Source: Mustelus asterias (Eukaryota). Taken from it: DNA of 64,000 bases. The translations under genes and the position numbers were made by a program. The first letter of the stretch is position 1. Each line of letters opens with the position of its first letter. This document shows positions 1-9,558 of this stretch, piece by piece. The stretch spans positions 2,604,001-2,668,000 of the forward strand of contig NW_027590121.1 of assembly GCF_964213995.1 (NCBI RefSeq), in the 5' to 3' direction. The notes beneath the pieces were generated by a model. It did not search any database and had not been told where the DNA came from. It worked only from the letters and a program-made list of their open reading frames with translations.

Positions 1-1443
1 TCAGTTTCTGCTCAGCGACTCTGCGCCGTCGTGTGTCGCGAAGGCCGCCTTGGAGAACGCTTACCCGAATATCAGAGGCCGAATGCCCGTGACCGCTGAA
101 GTGCTCCCCAACAGGAAGAGAACAGTCTTGCCTGGTGATTATTGAGCGGTGTTCATTCATCCGTTGTCGCGGCGTCTGCATGGTTTCCCCAATGTACCAT
201 GCCTCGGGACATCCTTTCTTGCAGCGTATCAGGTAGACAACGTTGGCCGAGTTGCAAGAGTATGTACCGTGTACCTGGTGGATGGTGTCCTCACGTGAGA
301 TGATGGCATCTGTGTCGATGATCCGGCACGTCTTGCAGAGGTTGCTGTGGCAGGGTTGTGTGGTGTCATGGTCACTGTTCTACTGAAGGCTGGGTAGTTT
401 GCTGCGGACAATGGTCTGTTTGAGGTTGTGTGGTTGTTTGAAGGCAAGAAGTGGGGGTGTGGGGATGGCCTTGGTGAGATGTTCGTCTTCGTCAATGACA
501 TGTTGAAGGCTCCGGAGGAGATGCCGTAGCTTCTCCGCTCCGGGGAAGTACTGGACAACGAAGGGTACTCTGTCCACTGTGTCCCGTGTTTGTCTTCTGA
601 GGAGGTCGGTGCGGTTTTTCGCTGTGGCGCGTTGGAACTGTTGATCAATGAGTTGAGCGCCATATCCTGTTCTTATGAGGGCATCTTTCAGCGTCTGGAG
701 GTGTCTGTTGCGATCCTCCTCATCTGAGCAGATCCTGTGTATACGGAGGGCTTGTCCGTAGGGGATGGCTTCTTTAACGTGTTTAGGGTGGAAGCTGGAG
801 AAGTGGAGCATCGTGAGGTTATCTGTGGGCTTGCGGTACAGTGAGGTGCTGAGGTGACCGTCCTTAATGGAGATGCGTGTGTCCAAGAATGCAACCGATT
901 CCGGAGAGTAATCTATGGTGAGTCTGATGGTGGGATGGAACTTGTTGATGTCATCATATAGTTGTTTCAGTGATTGCTCACCATGAGTCCAAAGGAAGAA
1001 AATGTCATCGATGTATCTAGTGTATAGCATCAGTTGAAGGTCCCGTGCGGTGAAGAAGTCTTGTTCGAACCTGTGCATGAAGATGTTGGCATATTGAGGT
1101 GCGAATTTGGTCCCCATGGCTGTTCCATGTGTCTGGATGAAGAACTGGTTGTTGAAGGTGAAGATATTGTGGTCCAGGATGAAGTGGATGAGATGTAAAA
1201 TTGCATCTGGAAACTGGCAGTTGTCGGCGTTGAGTACTGAGGCTGTTGCAGCAATGCCATCGTCATGGGGGATGCTGGTGTAGAGTGCCGAGACATCCAT
1301 TGTGACGAGGAGCGCTCCTGGTTCAACTGCTCCATGTGCGCTGAGTTTCTGTAGGAATTCCGTTGTGTCGCGACAAAAGCTGGGGGTTCTTTGTACAATG
1401 GGTTTCAGGATGCCCTCGACATAGCCGGAGAGGTTCTCGCACC
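1..1443 (-). mobile_element. Penelope-like retroelement, 5'-truncated: RT plus GIY-YIG endonuclease, with one premature stop at 380-382
   Basis: ORF 380..1456 has PLE RT motifs (LVTMDVSALYTSIP, GTAMGTKFAPQYANIFM, RYIDDIF, YRKPT). The same frame continues past the TAG into PCHSNLCKTC...NVVYLIRC...WYIGET...RMNEH, the GIY-YIG domain. Confidence 0.93.
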
Positions 1444-2045
1444 GCTCGACAATCACCAGGCAAGACTGTTCTCTTCCTGTTGGGGAGCACTTCAGCGGTC
1501 ACGGGCATTCGGCCTCTGATATTCGGATAAGCGTTCTCCAAGGCGGCCTTCGCGACACACAACGGCGCAGAGTCGCTGAACAGAAACTGATAGCCAAGTT
1601 CCACACACACGAGGACGGCCTCAACCGGGATATTGGGTTCATGTCACACTATTTGTAACCCCCACAGAGTTTCACTGGCTGTCTTGTCTGGAGACAATAC
1701 ACATCTTTTTAGCCTGTTTTGATGCTCTCTCCACTCACGTTGTTTTGTTTCTTAAAGACTTGATTAGTTGTAAGTATTTGCATTCCAACCATTATTCATG
1801 TAAATTGAGTCTGTGTCTTTATCTGCTCTGTTTGTGAACAGAATTCCCACTCACCTGAAGAAGGGGCTTGGAGCTCCGAAAGCTTGTGTGGCTTTTGCTA
1901 CCAAATAAACCTGTTGGACTTTAACCTGGTGTTGTTAAACTTCTAACTGAACTACAACATCTTTACTCCTGTGTTCAATTTAACCTGGTGTTGTTAAAAC
2001 GCTTACTGTGTTTACCCCAGTCCAACGCCGGCATCTCCACATCAT
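1440..2045 (+). mobile_element. Inverted Penelope 3' end (pseudo-LTR): endonuclease C-terminus, 3' UTR and tail
   Basis: 1440..1590 is the near-exact reverse complement of 1..151. It reads on to a stop at about 1658, then UTR, AATAAA at about 1904, and the tail ...ccaacgccggcatctccacatcat. Confidence 0.88.
1852..1888 (+). ncRNA. Minimal type I hammerhead ribozyme motif (Penelope pLTR)
   Basis: cac-CTGAAGA-a-ggggc(ttgga)gctcc-GAAA-gc-TT-gtg: the CUGANGA and GAAA cores, stem II, a palindromic AGCT mini-stem III, and stem I cac/gtg. Confidence 0.75.
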
Positions 2046-2957
2046 AACTGAAGTACAACATCTTTACTCCTATGTTCAATTTCTCTCATAATAAAGGATA
2101 GCATTCCATTTGTCAGTTCTTTGATTTATTTGTACTAAGATTTATGGGGGTTCTCTTGTTTACAATAACCTCCCCAATCGTAAATCACACCAGGTTCCAG
2201 TGTCTTAACCATATGGCAAGAAAGAATACTTTAAATGGTGAATTCAGAAAGTTTATTAACCATTAAAAATGTAACAAGTCAGAAAGATAAAAAGCAGAGT
2301 GTCGATTAACAGTTAATAGAGAAAGTTTAACATTAACAATTGAACAGACTTCTCTCTATCCCTCTCAGACCAGGACATGAAGTGACGGCTCTGAAAACGT
2401 GGATAACTTGTAAAACCAACAGCTCTCAACACCTCTCTGTAAACATCTCTCCCTCCACCTCTCTCTACCAAATTACCTTCTCAAGATCACTTTTTTATGC
2501 TTTAAAAATGTCAAAAGCCCATCTTAGCCAATTCCCATAAATCTTCAATTATGAACTAAAATAGACACGAGTTTTCGGGCGATTTAAAAACAAATGAACT
2601 GTCGGCTGAAAGGGTTAACTTTTCTACAGAACCTAAAGGGGCGGGGAGTGAGCAGAAAAAACTTGGCACACAATTACATCACTTTACACAAGTTTAAAAC
2701 AAAACAAATGATTTTAAACTTCATCTATTAATTTTTTTTGTTATATTCCTCAACCTATTTAATTTGATCAGTTTTTGTTGGGGATGGGTAACTTCTGTTC
2801 TTTATAAACTGATTCACTCGTTTTGTTTATTCTACATGGGCTCGGAGAATCAGAACCCAGACTTTATCATCCTTATCCTTTTTCTCCCTTTGCCACCACT
2901 CCCTCTGTTTTGCGGGAGGATCGTGGGGATTCCAATCAGAACTAATCATTTTATCAT

Positions 2958-3116
2958 AAAAGTAAAATACTGCGGATGCTGGAATCTGAAACAAAAAGAG
3001 AAAATGCTGGAAAATCTCAGCAGGTCTGACAGCATCTGTGGAGAGAGAATAGAGCCAATGTTTCGAATCTGGATGACCCTTTATAAGAGCTCTCGAAAGG
3101 TTGGCTCTATTCTCTC
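2958..3116 (-). mobile_element. Short Penelope-type terminal fragment (second family) with a decayed hammerhead and an inverted end
   Basis: Homologous to 38590..38690 and 51010..51140. gagagaatagagccaa (3043-3058) is inverted at 3101-3116. Confidence 0.55.
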
Positions 3117-3478
3117 ATAATTTTAATCGATAAGTTTCTTGTTCTTAGTTTCCAAATGGCAGGTAAGACCTGTCCGGTCCCCACTCTGATTTTTCACTGG
3201 CCATGCTTGGGTAAGATTATAACCATTAGAATCTACTCTCAGAGGTCTGCTTTTCAGTCCAGTGCTACTTGGAGTATACCGTCACTTCACCAACTATCAG
3301 GTCACAAGTCCCTCACAGTTCTTATCACAAATTTATGATAAAATAATTTAAACATGCCTGAGAACACTTCTTAACTTCTTAGTCAGCTACCTACCCCCGT
3401 TTGTTGATTAGTCAGACCCCATTTTTACAGATTCCAGGTTTCTCAGCCGCTGAACACCAGCTGTTCCTGCAATAATCT

Positions 3479-3801
3479 CATAGAATCTCTACAGTGCAGA
3501 AGGAGGCCATTCGGCCCATCAAGTCTGCACCAACCACAATCCCACCAACGCTATCTCCATTACCCCATTCATTTACGCTAGCTAGTCCCCCTGACACAAA
3601 GGGGCAATTTAGCATGGCCAATCCACCTAACCTGCACTTCTTTGTACTGTGCGAGGAAACCGGAGCACCCGGAGGAAACCTACACAGACACTTGAAGAAT
3701 GTGCAAACTCTACACAGACAGTGACCCAAGGTGGGAATCAAACCCGGGTCCCTGGTGCTGTGAGCCAGCAGTGCTAACGACTGTACCACCGTGCCGCCCC
3801 A
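3479..3801 (-). mobile_element. HE1-type tRNA-derived V-SINE
   Basis: tRNA-like head with A/B boxes, V-domain (gggtttcctccgggtgctccggtttcctc), and LINE-derived tail (gggccgaatggcctccttctgcactgtag..tctatga). Confidence 0.88.
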
Positions 3802-4292
3802 GTTTAATTTCAGCTCATTCTGAGTAAATATTCTCACCAGGTCCTCTGTTGGAGCCCTGCGAAGCAGCTTTAATAGTCCGTGATTGCAGAAACTGAGCAG
3901 TCACAGGAATGTGGTCAAGATAGTCCAGTCCCACAATGCCTCACATTCAATCTGCTGTCCTTCAATTATAACAGAATATGTGGCTGTATGTAGCTGCCTC
4001 GGCCGTGGTCAACCCCAACACTGCCTTCCTGAACTGCTACAATGCCTGAGGTGTAAGTACACCCACAGTGCTGTTAGGGAGGGATTTCCAGCTACACATT
4101 CCAGACTTTCACTGGACTGTAGGTGGATATCAGATTGATATATTCCATTCAACCACTCCCAAGGTGAGTTATTCCAATTCCTTTATTGTCCAGGACAATA
4201 TATTCTCAATATCTTTAAAACAGAAATTAAACATTCCCATTTGATTTCAGGTATTAACATATTCTGTTCGATTGATCTTTATTGTCAATGTC

Positions 4293-4582
4293 AGGCTGGG
4301 GTTGTTCCCCTTGGAGCAAAGGAGGTTGAAGGGAGATTTGGTAGAGGTGGACAAGATTCTGACAGGTTTAGATAAGGTGGACCAAGAAAAGCTGTTCCCA
4401 TTCGCTGAAGGGACAAGGATGAGGAGGTCACAGATTTATGGTTTTGGGTCAGAGATGCCGGAGGGGATGTGAGGAAGAATATTTTGATGCAGCGAATGGT
4501 AATGATCTGGAACTCGCTGCCTACGAGGGTGGAGGAAGTGGAGACAATAAACAATTACAAAGGAAATTGGATGGGCATTTGA
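4293..4582 (+). mobile_element. CR1/HER1 LINE 3' fragment
   Basis: Translates to RLGLFPLEQRRLKGDLVEVDKILTGLDKVD, the CR1-clade ORF2 C-terminus. Confidence 0.8.
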
Positions 4583-4841
4583 GAGGGTTTCAAACAAAAA
4601 TAGTGACTCTAAATCTCCCAACACCCTGTCACTCTGTGATCCGTGTGAAATCTGAAACCGGGGGTATTCGCAACAAGACTCAAAGAGCATCAGTCCACTG
4701 GAGGCAAAGTCATGAGACCGGGCAGTCCAGCAGAAAGAAACCCTCCGTCCCTCCCCAAAGACCAACTGTGAGAATGAACAAAATGCAGTCCTGGATGTAA
4801 TTGAGAGCAGAAACAATAACAGCAGAATCCAACCCCTGGAA

Positions 4842-6188
4842 TCACTCGTGAACTTGCTGGTGTCTCCGCAGCCGGGATGAAAGACTGAATCTTTTCTCAC
4901 ACACAGAGCAGCTGAATGGTCTCTCCCAAGTGTGAACTCGCTGGTGTATCCGCAGGTGGGAGGACCGAGTGAATCCCTTCCCACATTGAGAGCAGGTGAA
5001 CGGCCTCTCCCCAGTGTGAACTCGCTGGTGTCTCAGCAGCCTGGATGAATCACAGAATCCCTTCCCACACTGACAGCAGGTGAATGGCCTCTCCCCAGTG
5101 TGAACTCGTTGGTGTATCTGCAGGCTGGATAATCGAGTAAATCCCTTCCCACACTGAGGGCAGGTGAACGGTCTCTCCCCAGTGTGAACTCGCTGGTGTG
5201 TCAGCAAGCTGGATGACTGAGTGAATCCCTTCCCACACTGAGAGCAGGTGAATGGCCTCTCCCCAGTGTGAACTCGCTGATGTATCTGCAGCTGGGATGA
5301 CTGAGTGAATCCCTCCCCACATTGAGAGCAGGTGAATGGTCTCTCCCCAGTGTGAACTCGCTGGTGTATCTGCAGGTGGGATGACTGAGTGAATCCCTTC
5401 CCACACTGAGAGCAGGTGAATGGCCTCTCCCCAGTGTGAACTCGCTGGTGTCTCCGCAGGTGGGATGACAGAGTGAATCCCTTCCCACACTGAGAGCAGG
5501 TGAATGGCCTCTCTCCAGTGTGAACTCGCTGGTGTGCCCGCAGGTTGAATGACTGAGTGAATCCCTTCCCACACTGAGGGCAGGTGAATGGCCTCTCCCC
5601 AGTGTGAACTCGCTGGTGTGTCCGCAGGTTGGATAATCGGGTAAATCCCTTGCCACACTGAGAGCAGGTGAACGGTCTCTCCCCAGTGTGAACTCGCTGG
5701 TGTGCCTGCAGGCTGGATGACTGAGTGAATCCCTTCCCACACTGAGAGCAGGTGAATGGCCTCTCCCCAGTGTGAACTCGCTGATGTATCTGCAGCTGGG
5801 ATGACTGAGTGAATCCCTCCCCACATTGAGAGCAGGTGAATGGCCTCTCCCCAGTGTGAACTCGCTGGTGTATCTGCAGGTGGGATGACTGAGTGAATCC
5901 CTCCCCACATTGAGAGCAGGTGAATGGCCTCTCCCCAGTGTGAACTCGCTGGTGTCTCCGCAGGTGGGATGAGTGAGTGAATCCCTTCCCACACTGAGAG
6001 CAGGTGAACGGTCTCTCCCCAGTGTGAACTCGCTGGTGTGACTGCAGGTTGAATGACCGAGTGAATCCCTTCCCACACTGAGAGCAGGTGAATGGCCTCT
6101 CCCCAATGTGGCTGCGCTGATGAGCTTCCAGCAGAGATGGGGCTCTGTACCTCTTCCCACAGTCCCCACATTTCGACGGTTTCTCCAT
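4842..6188 (-). CDS. C2H2 zinc-finger protein A, 448 aa, 16 fingers, no effector domain visible
   Basis: Open tandem CX2CX12HX3H array with TGERPF linkers. First ATG is in accATGG context at 6188 (the ORF-track start at 6224 is TTG). Acceptor ttttatag|G at 6540/6539. Confidence 0.92.
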   Translation of the reverse strand: MEKPSKCGDCGKRYRAPSLLEAHQRSHIGERPFTCSQCGKGFTRSFNLQSHQRVHTGERPFTCSQCGKGFTHSSHLRRHQRVHTGERPFTCSQCGEGFTQSSHLQIHQRVHTGERPFTCSQCGEGFTQSSQLQIHQRVHTGERPFTCSQCGKGFTQSSSLQAHQRVHTGERPFTCSQCGKGFTRLSNLRTHQRVHTGERPFTCPQCGKGFTQSFNLRAHQRVHTGERPFTCSQCGKGFTLSSHLRRHQRVHTGERPFTCSQCGKGFTQSSHLQIHQRVHTGERPFTCSQCGEGFTQSSQLQIHQRVHTGERPFTCSQCGKGFTQSSSLLTHQRVHTGERPFTCPQCGKGFTRLSSLQIHQRVHTGERPFTCCQCGKGFCDSSRLLRHQRVHTGERPFTCSQCGKGFTRSSHLRIHQRVHTWERPFSCSVCEKRFSLSSRLRRHQQVHE

Positions 6189-6539
6189 GGTGTAGGTGTC
6201 CTTGCTGCTCTCTTTGGTGGACAATCAGTTGAAGCCTCGTCCACACACACAACACGTGTACAGTCTCTCCCCGCTGTGAATGGTGTGATATTTATTCAGG
6301 CTGTGTGACTGGTTAAAGCTCTTTAGTCAGTGCACTGGTAGACTCTCACTCAAGTGTGGCCGTGTGTTGGTGCTTTTCCAGTCACACTGATGTTTGAAAT
6401 CTTTTCAAATCAACAGACTGTACAATCATTTCTCCTTCTAGATTCAAAGTCCGATGATATTCAGCTCCCAAGGAATATGACTCTGTCAGATCTCGACGTG
6501 ATGTTTGAGATTTCGGCCTGTGATTCCTCTTTCAATATC

Positions 6540-6790
6540 CTATAAAACGAGTTTACAAAAGTCATCAGTGTCAGTACAGGATAGAAATTCAGAACAGACA
6601 ATTCTAGTTTCTATGGAACATTCTTTCCTCTCTCATTCCCCAAAAAGCTGTGAATCTCCATCCCACACACTCTCCCTCCATTCTCACTCTGCTGTATCTA
6701 ATATTCACCCACCCAATTCTCCTGAAGGTGCTGATTGAGGCTGATTGACAGATCCATGCTCACTGCTTCCTGTCCTGGACACAGAGACCA
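6540..6790 (-). repeat. Conserved pre-acceptor intron module of the ZNF cassette (copies also at 9955-10178, 18128-18560 interrupted, 39318-39556, 57950-58191; diverged at 31290-31444)
   Basis: Near-identical ~200-bp block gaagcagtgagcatggatctgtcaatcagcc...tactgac...ttttacag placed directly before the finger exons. Confidence 0.85.
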
Positions 6791-7862
6791 GAACAAATAG
6801 GAGCTGCAGTCGGCCATTTGGCTCATCGAGTCTTTTAAACTATTCAATGAGATAATTCGTTCATCTACCTCAGCATCATTCTCCCCACACTAAACCCATA
6901 TCCCTTGATATCTTCAATATCTAGAAATCAATCAATCTCTCTCTTGAAAATAGTTGATGACTGAGGCTTCACTGTCCTCAGGGGTTGAGAATTCCAAAGC
7001 TTTCCCACATCCTTGAGTGAAGAAATCCCCCCACATCTTAGCTTTTGCTCCATCTTCTTGTCTGTTCCCCATAACCCTTGACACCATTGTCAGTCAAAGA
7101 TCTGTCTAACTGGAATATATTCAATGATCCTCAGCCTCCACTGGTCCCTGTGGAAGAGAAATCCAAAAGACTAACAACCCTCTGAGGGAAGAGATGTCTG
7201 GAAATATATAACGTAGCTACAGTTCTATATTACAAGATATTCAGATCCCAAGGAATATGACTCTTTCTCGATGTGACGGTTGAGATTTTTGCCTGTGATT
7301 CCTCATTCAAAATCCTGTGAAATGAGTTTGCAAAAGTCATCACAGTCAGTATAGGATAGAAATTCAGAGCAGACAATTCTAGTTTCTATGGAATGTTGTT
7401 TCCTATTTCATTCCCAAAATGTTGTAACTCTCCATCCATATCTATGGATTCTATTTAAAAATGAAAGTGGATGGGCACTTGAAGGAAATAAACTTTCAGG
7501 AGAATGGGGATATCGAGTGGGAATGGGACTGGAATGTTATCCAGAGAGTCAGCATGGACTTGAGTTACCGAATGGATTCCTTCTGTGCTGTAATGACTTT
7601 ATGACTGGAAATGTATAACATCGCTGCAGCATTATATTATAATGCAAGAAATAATAAATGTATTTTACTACAGAAACATAAATAATATATCTAATCTGGG
7701 TACCTTATAATAACACTCGACATATCTCTGTCCTATATTAATTTACTGTCCCCTTAAATGTCAGCCATCTCCTGGGGAAAGCTGCCCTTTAATGTGAACA
7801 TGAGGAAAAAGACCATCCTTTTCGACAGACAAATAAATGTGTCAAGCTGAGGGAGCAAAGGA

Positions 7863-8340
7863 TGTTCACCAGGCTGATTCAGGGAATCGCGGGACTGATG
7901 TATGAGGAGAGACTGACTGGGTTAGAATTGTTTTCATTGGAGTTCAGATGAATGAGGGGGGAATCTCAAAGAGACTTATAAAATTCTAAGGGTCGAGACA
8001 GGATAGATGCAGGGAGGATGTTCCCGATGGAGTCCAGAACCGGGGGTCACAGTCTGAGGATTCAGGGCAGACCATTTAGGACGGATTTGAGGAGACATTT
8101 CTTCACCCAAAGAATAGTGACCCTGTGGAATTTATTACCACAGGAAGTGTTTGATGCCAAAACATTGAATGTATTCAAGAGGCGGCTGGATAAAGCACTT
8201 GGAGCGAATGGGATCAAAGGTTATGGGGCAAAAGCAGGATTAGGCTATTGAGTTGGATGATTAGCCATGATTGTAATGAATGGCGGAGCAGGCTCGAAGG
8301 GCAAATGGCCTCCTCCTGCTCCTATCTTCTATGTTTCTAT
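7863..8340 (+). mobile_element. CR1/HER1 LINE 3' fragment inserted in intron 1 of ZNF-A
   Basis: Translates to SRTGGHSLRIQGRPFRTDLRRHFFTQRIVTLWNLLP, followed by a 3' UTR with a tctatgtt tail. It splits a block that is contiguous at about 9630 and 19920. Confidence 0.85.
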
Positions 8341-8568
8341 ATCAATGTCTTTAAGAGAGAGAGAGACCTGGGCCAACCTTTCCAGAGTCTGCACCCTCCC
8401 TGGATTCACTTCCTTTCCCTTCAGTTGCTGCAAGTCCCCAATTTCCCCCAGAATGAGAAAAGAAATGGAAAGGGGGAGAAAAGAAAGTGTTTTACTCACA
8501 GATGTTGGCCTCTTTAAAGGAATGCAGTGCCAATTTGCAGATAGCACAGAAAGCCAGCAAAGGGGCCC

Positions 8569-8619
8569 TGCTGAAACCCGGGATTGAACCAGGGATCTTT
8601 AGATCTTCAGTCTAACGCT
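8569..8619 (-). pseudogene. tRNA-Phe(GAA) relic, 5'-truncated (anticodon arm, T arm and 3' acceptor strand only)
   Basis: Reverse complement agcgttagactGAAgatctaaagatccctggttcaatcccgggtttcagca matches the 3' two-thirds of vertebrate tRNA-Phe with about 3 substitutions. The D arm is missing. Confidence 0.88.
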
Positions 8620-8679
8620 GTTAATTGCTTGCACTTAATTGAAACAGGAGGAAGTTTGAATCTGCCTGAAGCTCAATCG

Positions 8680-9100
8680 TCAATCACACAAGGCCCGCGC
8701 TCTGATTGGCTGGAGGACCAGAATCCTTCCGGTCCTCCAACTCTTCCCATTGGCCAGAGCTGGTGAGGAGCAGTGAATCAAAAGTGCGCATGTGTGGGTT
8801 TTTAGGAGGAATGCGCATGTGCGAGTGTGGGGCGGGGCCCGGGACAAAGCCGGCGCACTGACCACTGTCTGTCCGGATCTTCCAGCCTTTTCCAATGGAC
8901 AACATCTCAGCGCGGCTGGAGGGCAAAGTCCCGCCCACCCCCACGAGGGGCTCCGCCCCTCATTGTCTGTCTGCAGGGGATTGACCAATGGGAACTCTGG
9001 AGGACCGGAAGGACTCTGGTTCAGCTGCTCATTCCTGCCCAGCAAAACTGCTGCTGCTCTCTGTCTGAATGAAGATTGAGCTTTCGACAGACTCAAGGAA
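8680..9100. promoter_or_regulatory. Bidirectional CpG-rich promoter between ZNF-A (-) and ZNF-B (+)
   Basis: Mirror-image ccaatggga..ggaggaccggaagga modules at about 8690-8755 (-) and 8981-9020 (+), tgcgcatg (NRF1-like) motifs, GC boxes, and a donor GTGAGT on the - strand at about 8498. Confidence 0.7.
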
Positions 9101-9119
9101 GTGAAAAGGATCAGCCAAT

Positions 9120-9230
9120 GCCTACGACAATACCAGTCTGAAAACGCCTGACCTCGGAAGCTAAGCAGACTCAGGCCTGGTTAGTACTTGAATAGGAGAC
9201 CTCCTGGGAATACTAGGTGTAGTAGACTTT
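9120..9230 (+). pseudogene. 5S rRNA pseudogene (about 10-nt internal deletion)
   Basis: gcctacgacaataccagtctgaaaacgcc-tgacctcggaagctaagcag...ggttagtacttgaataggagacctcctgggaatactaggtgtagtagacttt aligns end to end with 5S rRNA, including box A; box C is mutated. Confidence 0.9.
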
Positions 9231-9558
9231 AGGATGGCATGGTGGCACAGTGGTTAGCACTGCTGCCTCACAGCGTCAGGGACTTGGGTCAATTCCTGTT
9301 TTGAGTCACTGTCTGTGTGGACTTTGCATGTTCTCTCCCCATGTGGGTTTCCCCCGGGTGCTCCGGTTTCCTCCCACGGTCCAAAAGATGTGCGGGTCGG
9401 GTGGATTGGCCATGTTAAATTGCCCCTTAGTGCCAGGGGGACAAGTTAGGGTAAATGCACAGAGGTACGGGGATAGGGCCCGAGTGGGATTGTGGTTGGT
9501 GCAGACTCGATGGGACGAATGGCCTCCTTCTACACTATAGGATTGTATGATTCTATGA
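9231..9558 (+). mobile_element. HE1-type V-SINE directly abutting the 5S relic
   Basis: Full head, V-domain and tail. It starts immediately after the 5S terminal CTTT. Confidence 0.88.

Noticed and set aside
4842-6188. PRDM9 or KRAB-ZNF identity
   Set aside because: No PR/SET, SSXRD or KRAB exon is recognisable, and an in-frame stop lies just upstream of the array. No gene symbol was assigned.
5050-6255. Long alternative-frame ORFs over the finger arrays ([14 protein letters not shown].. and [14 protein letters not shown]..)
   Set aside because: These are shadow frames of 84-bp C2H2 repeats, which are naturally stop-poor; there is no independent coding evidence.
9120-9230. Functional 5S rRNA gene
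   Set aside because: It has an internal deletion and box C substitutions, and it is solitary rather than arrayed.
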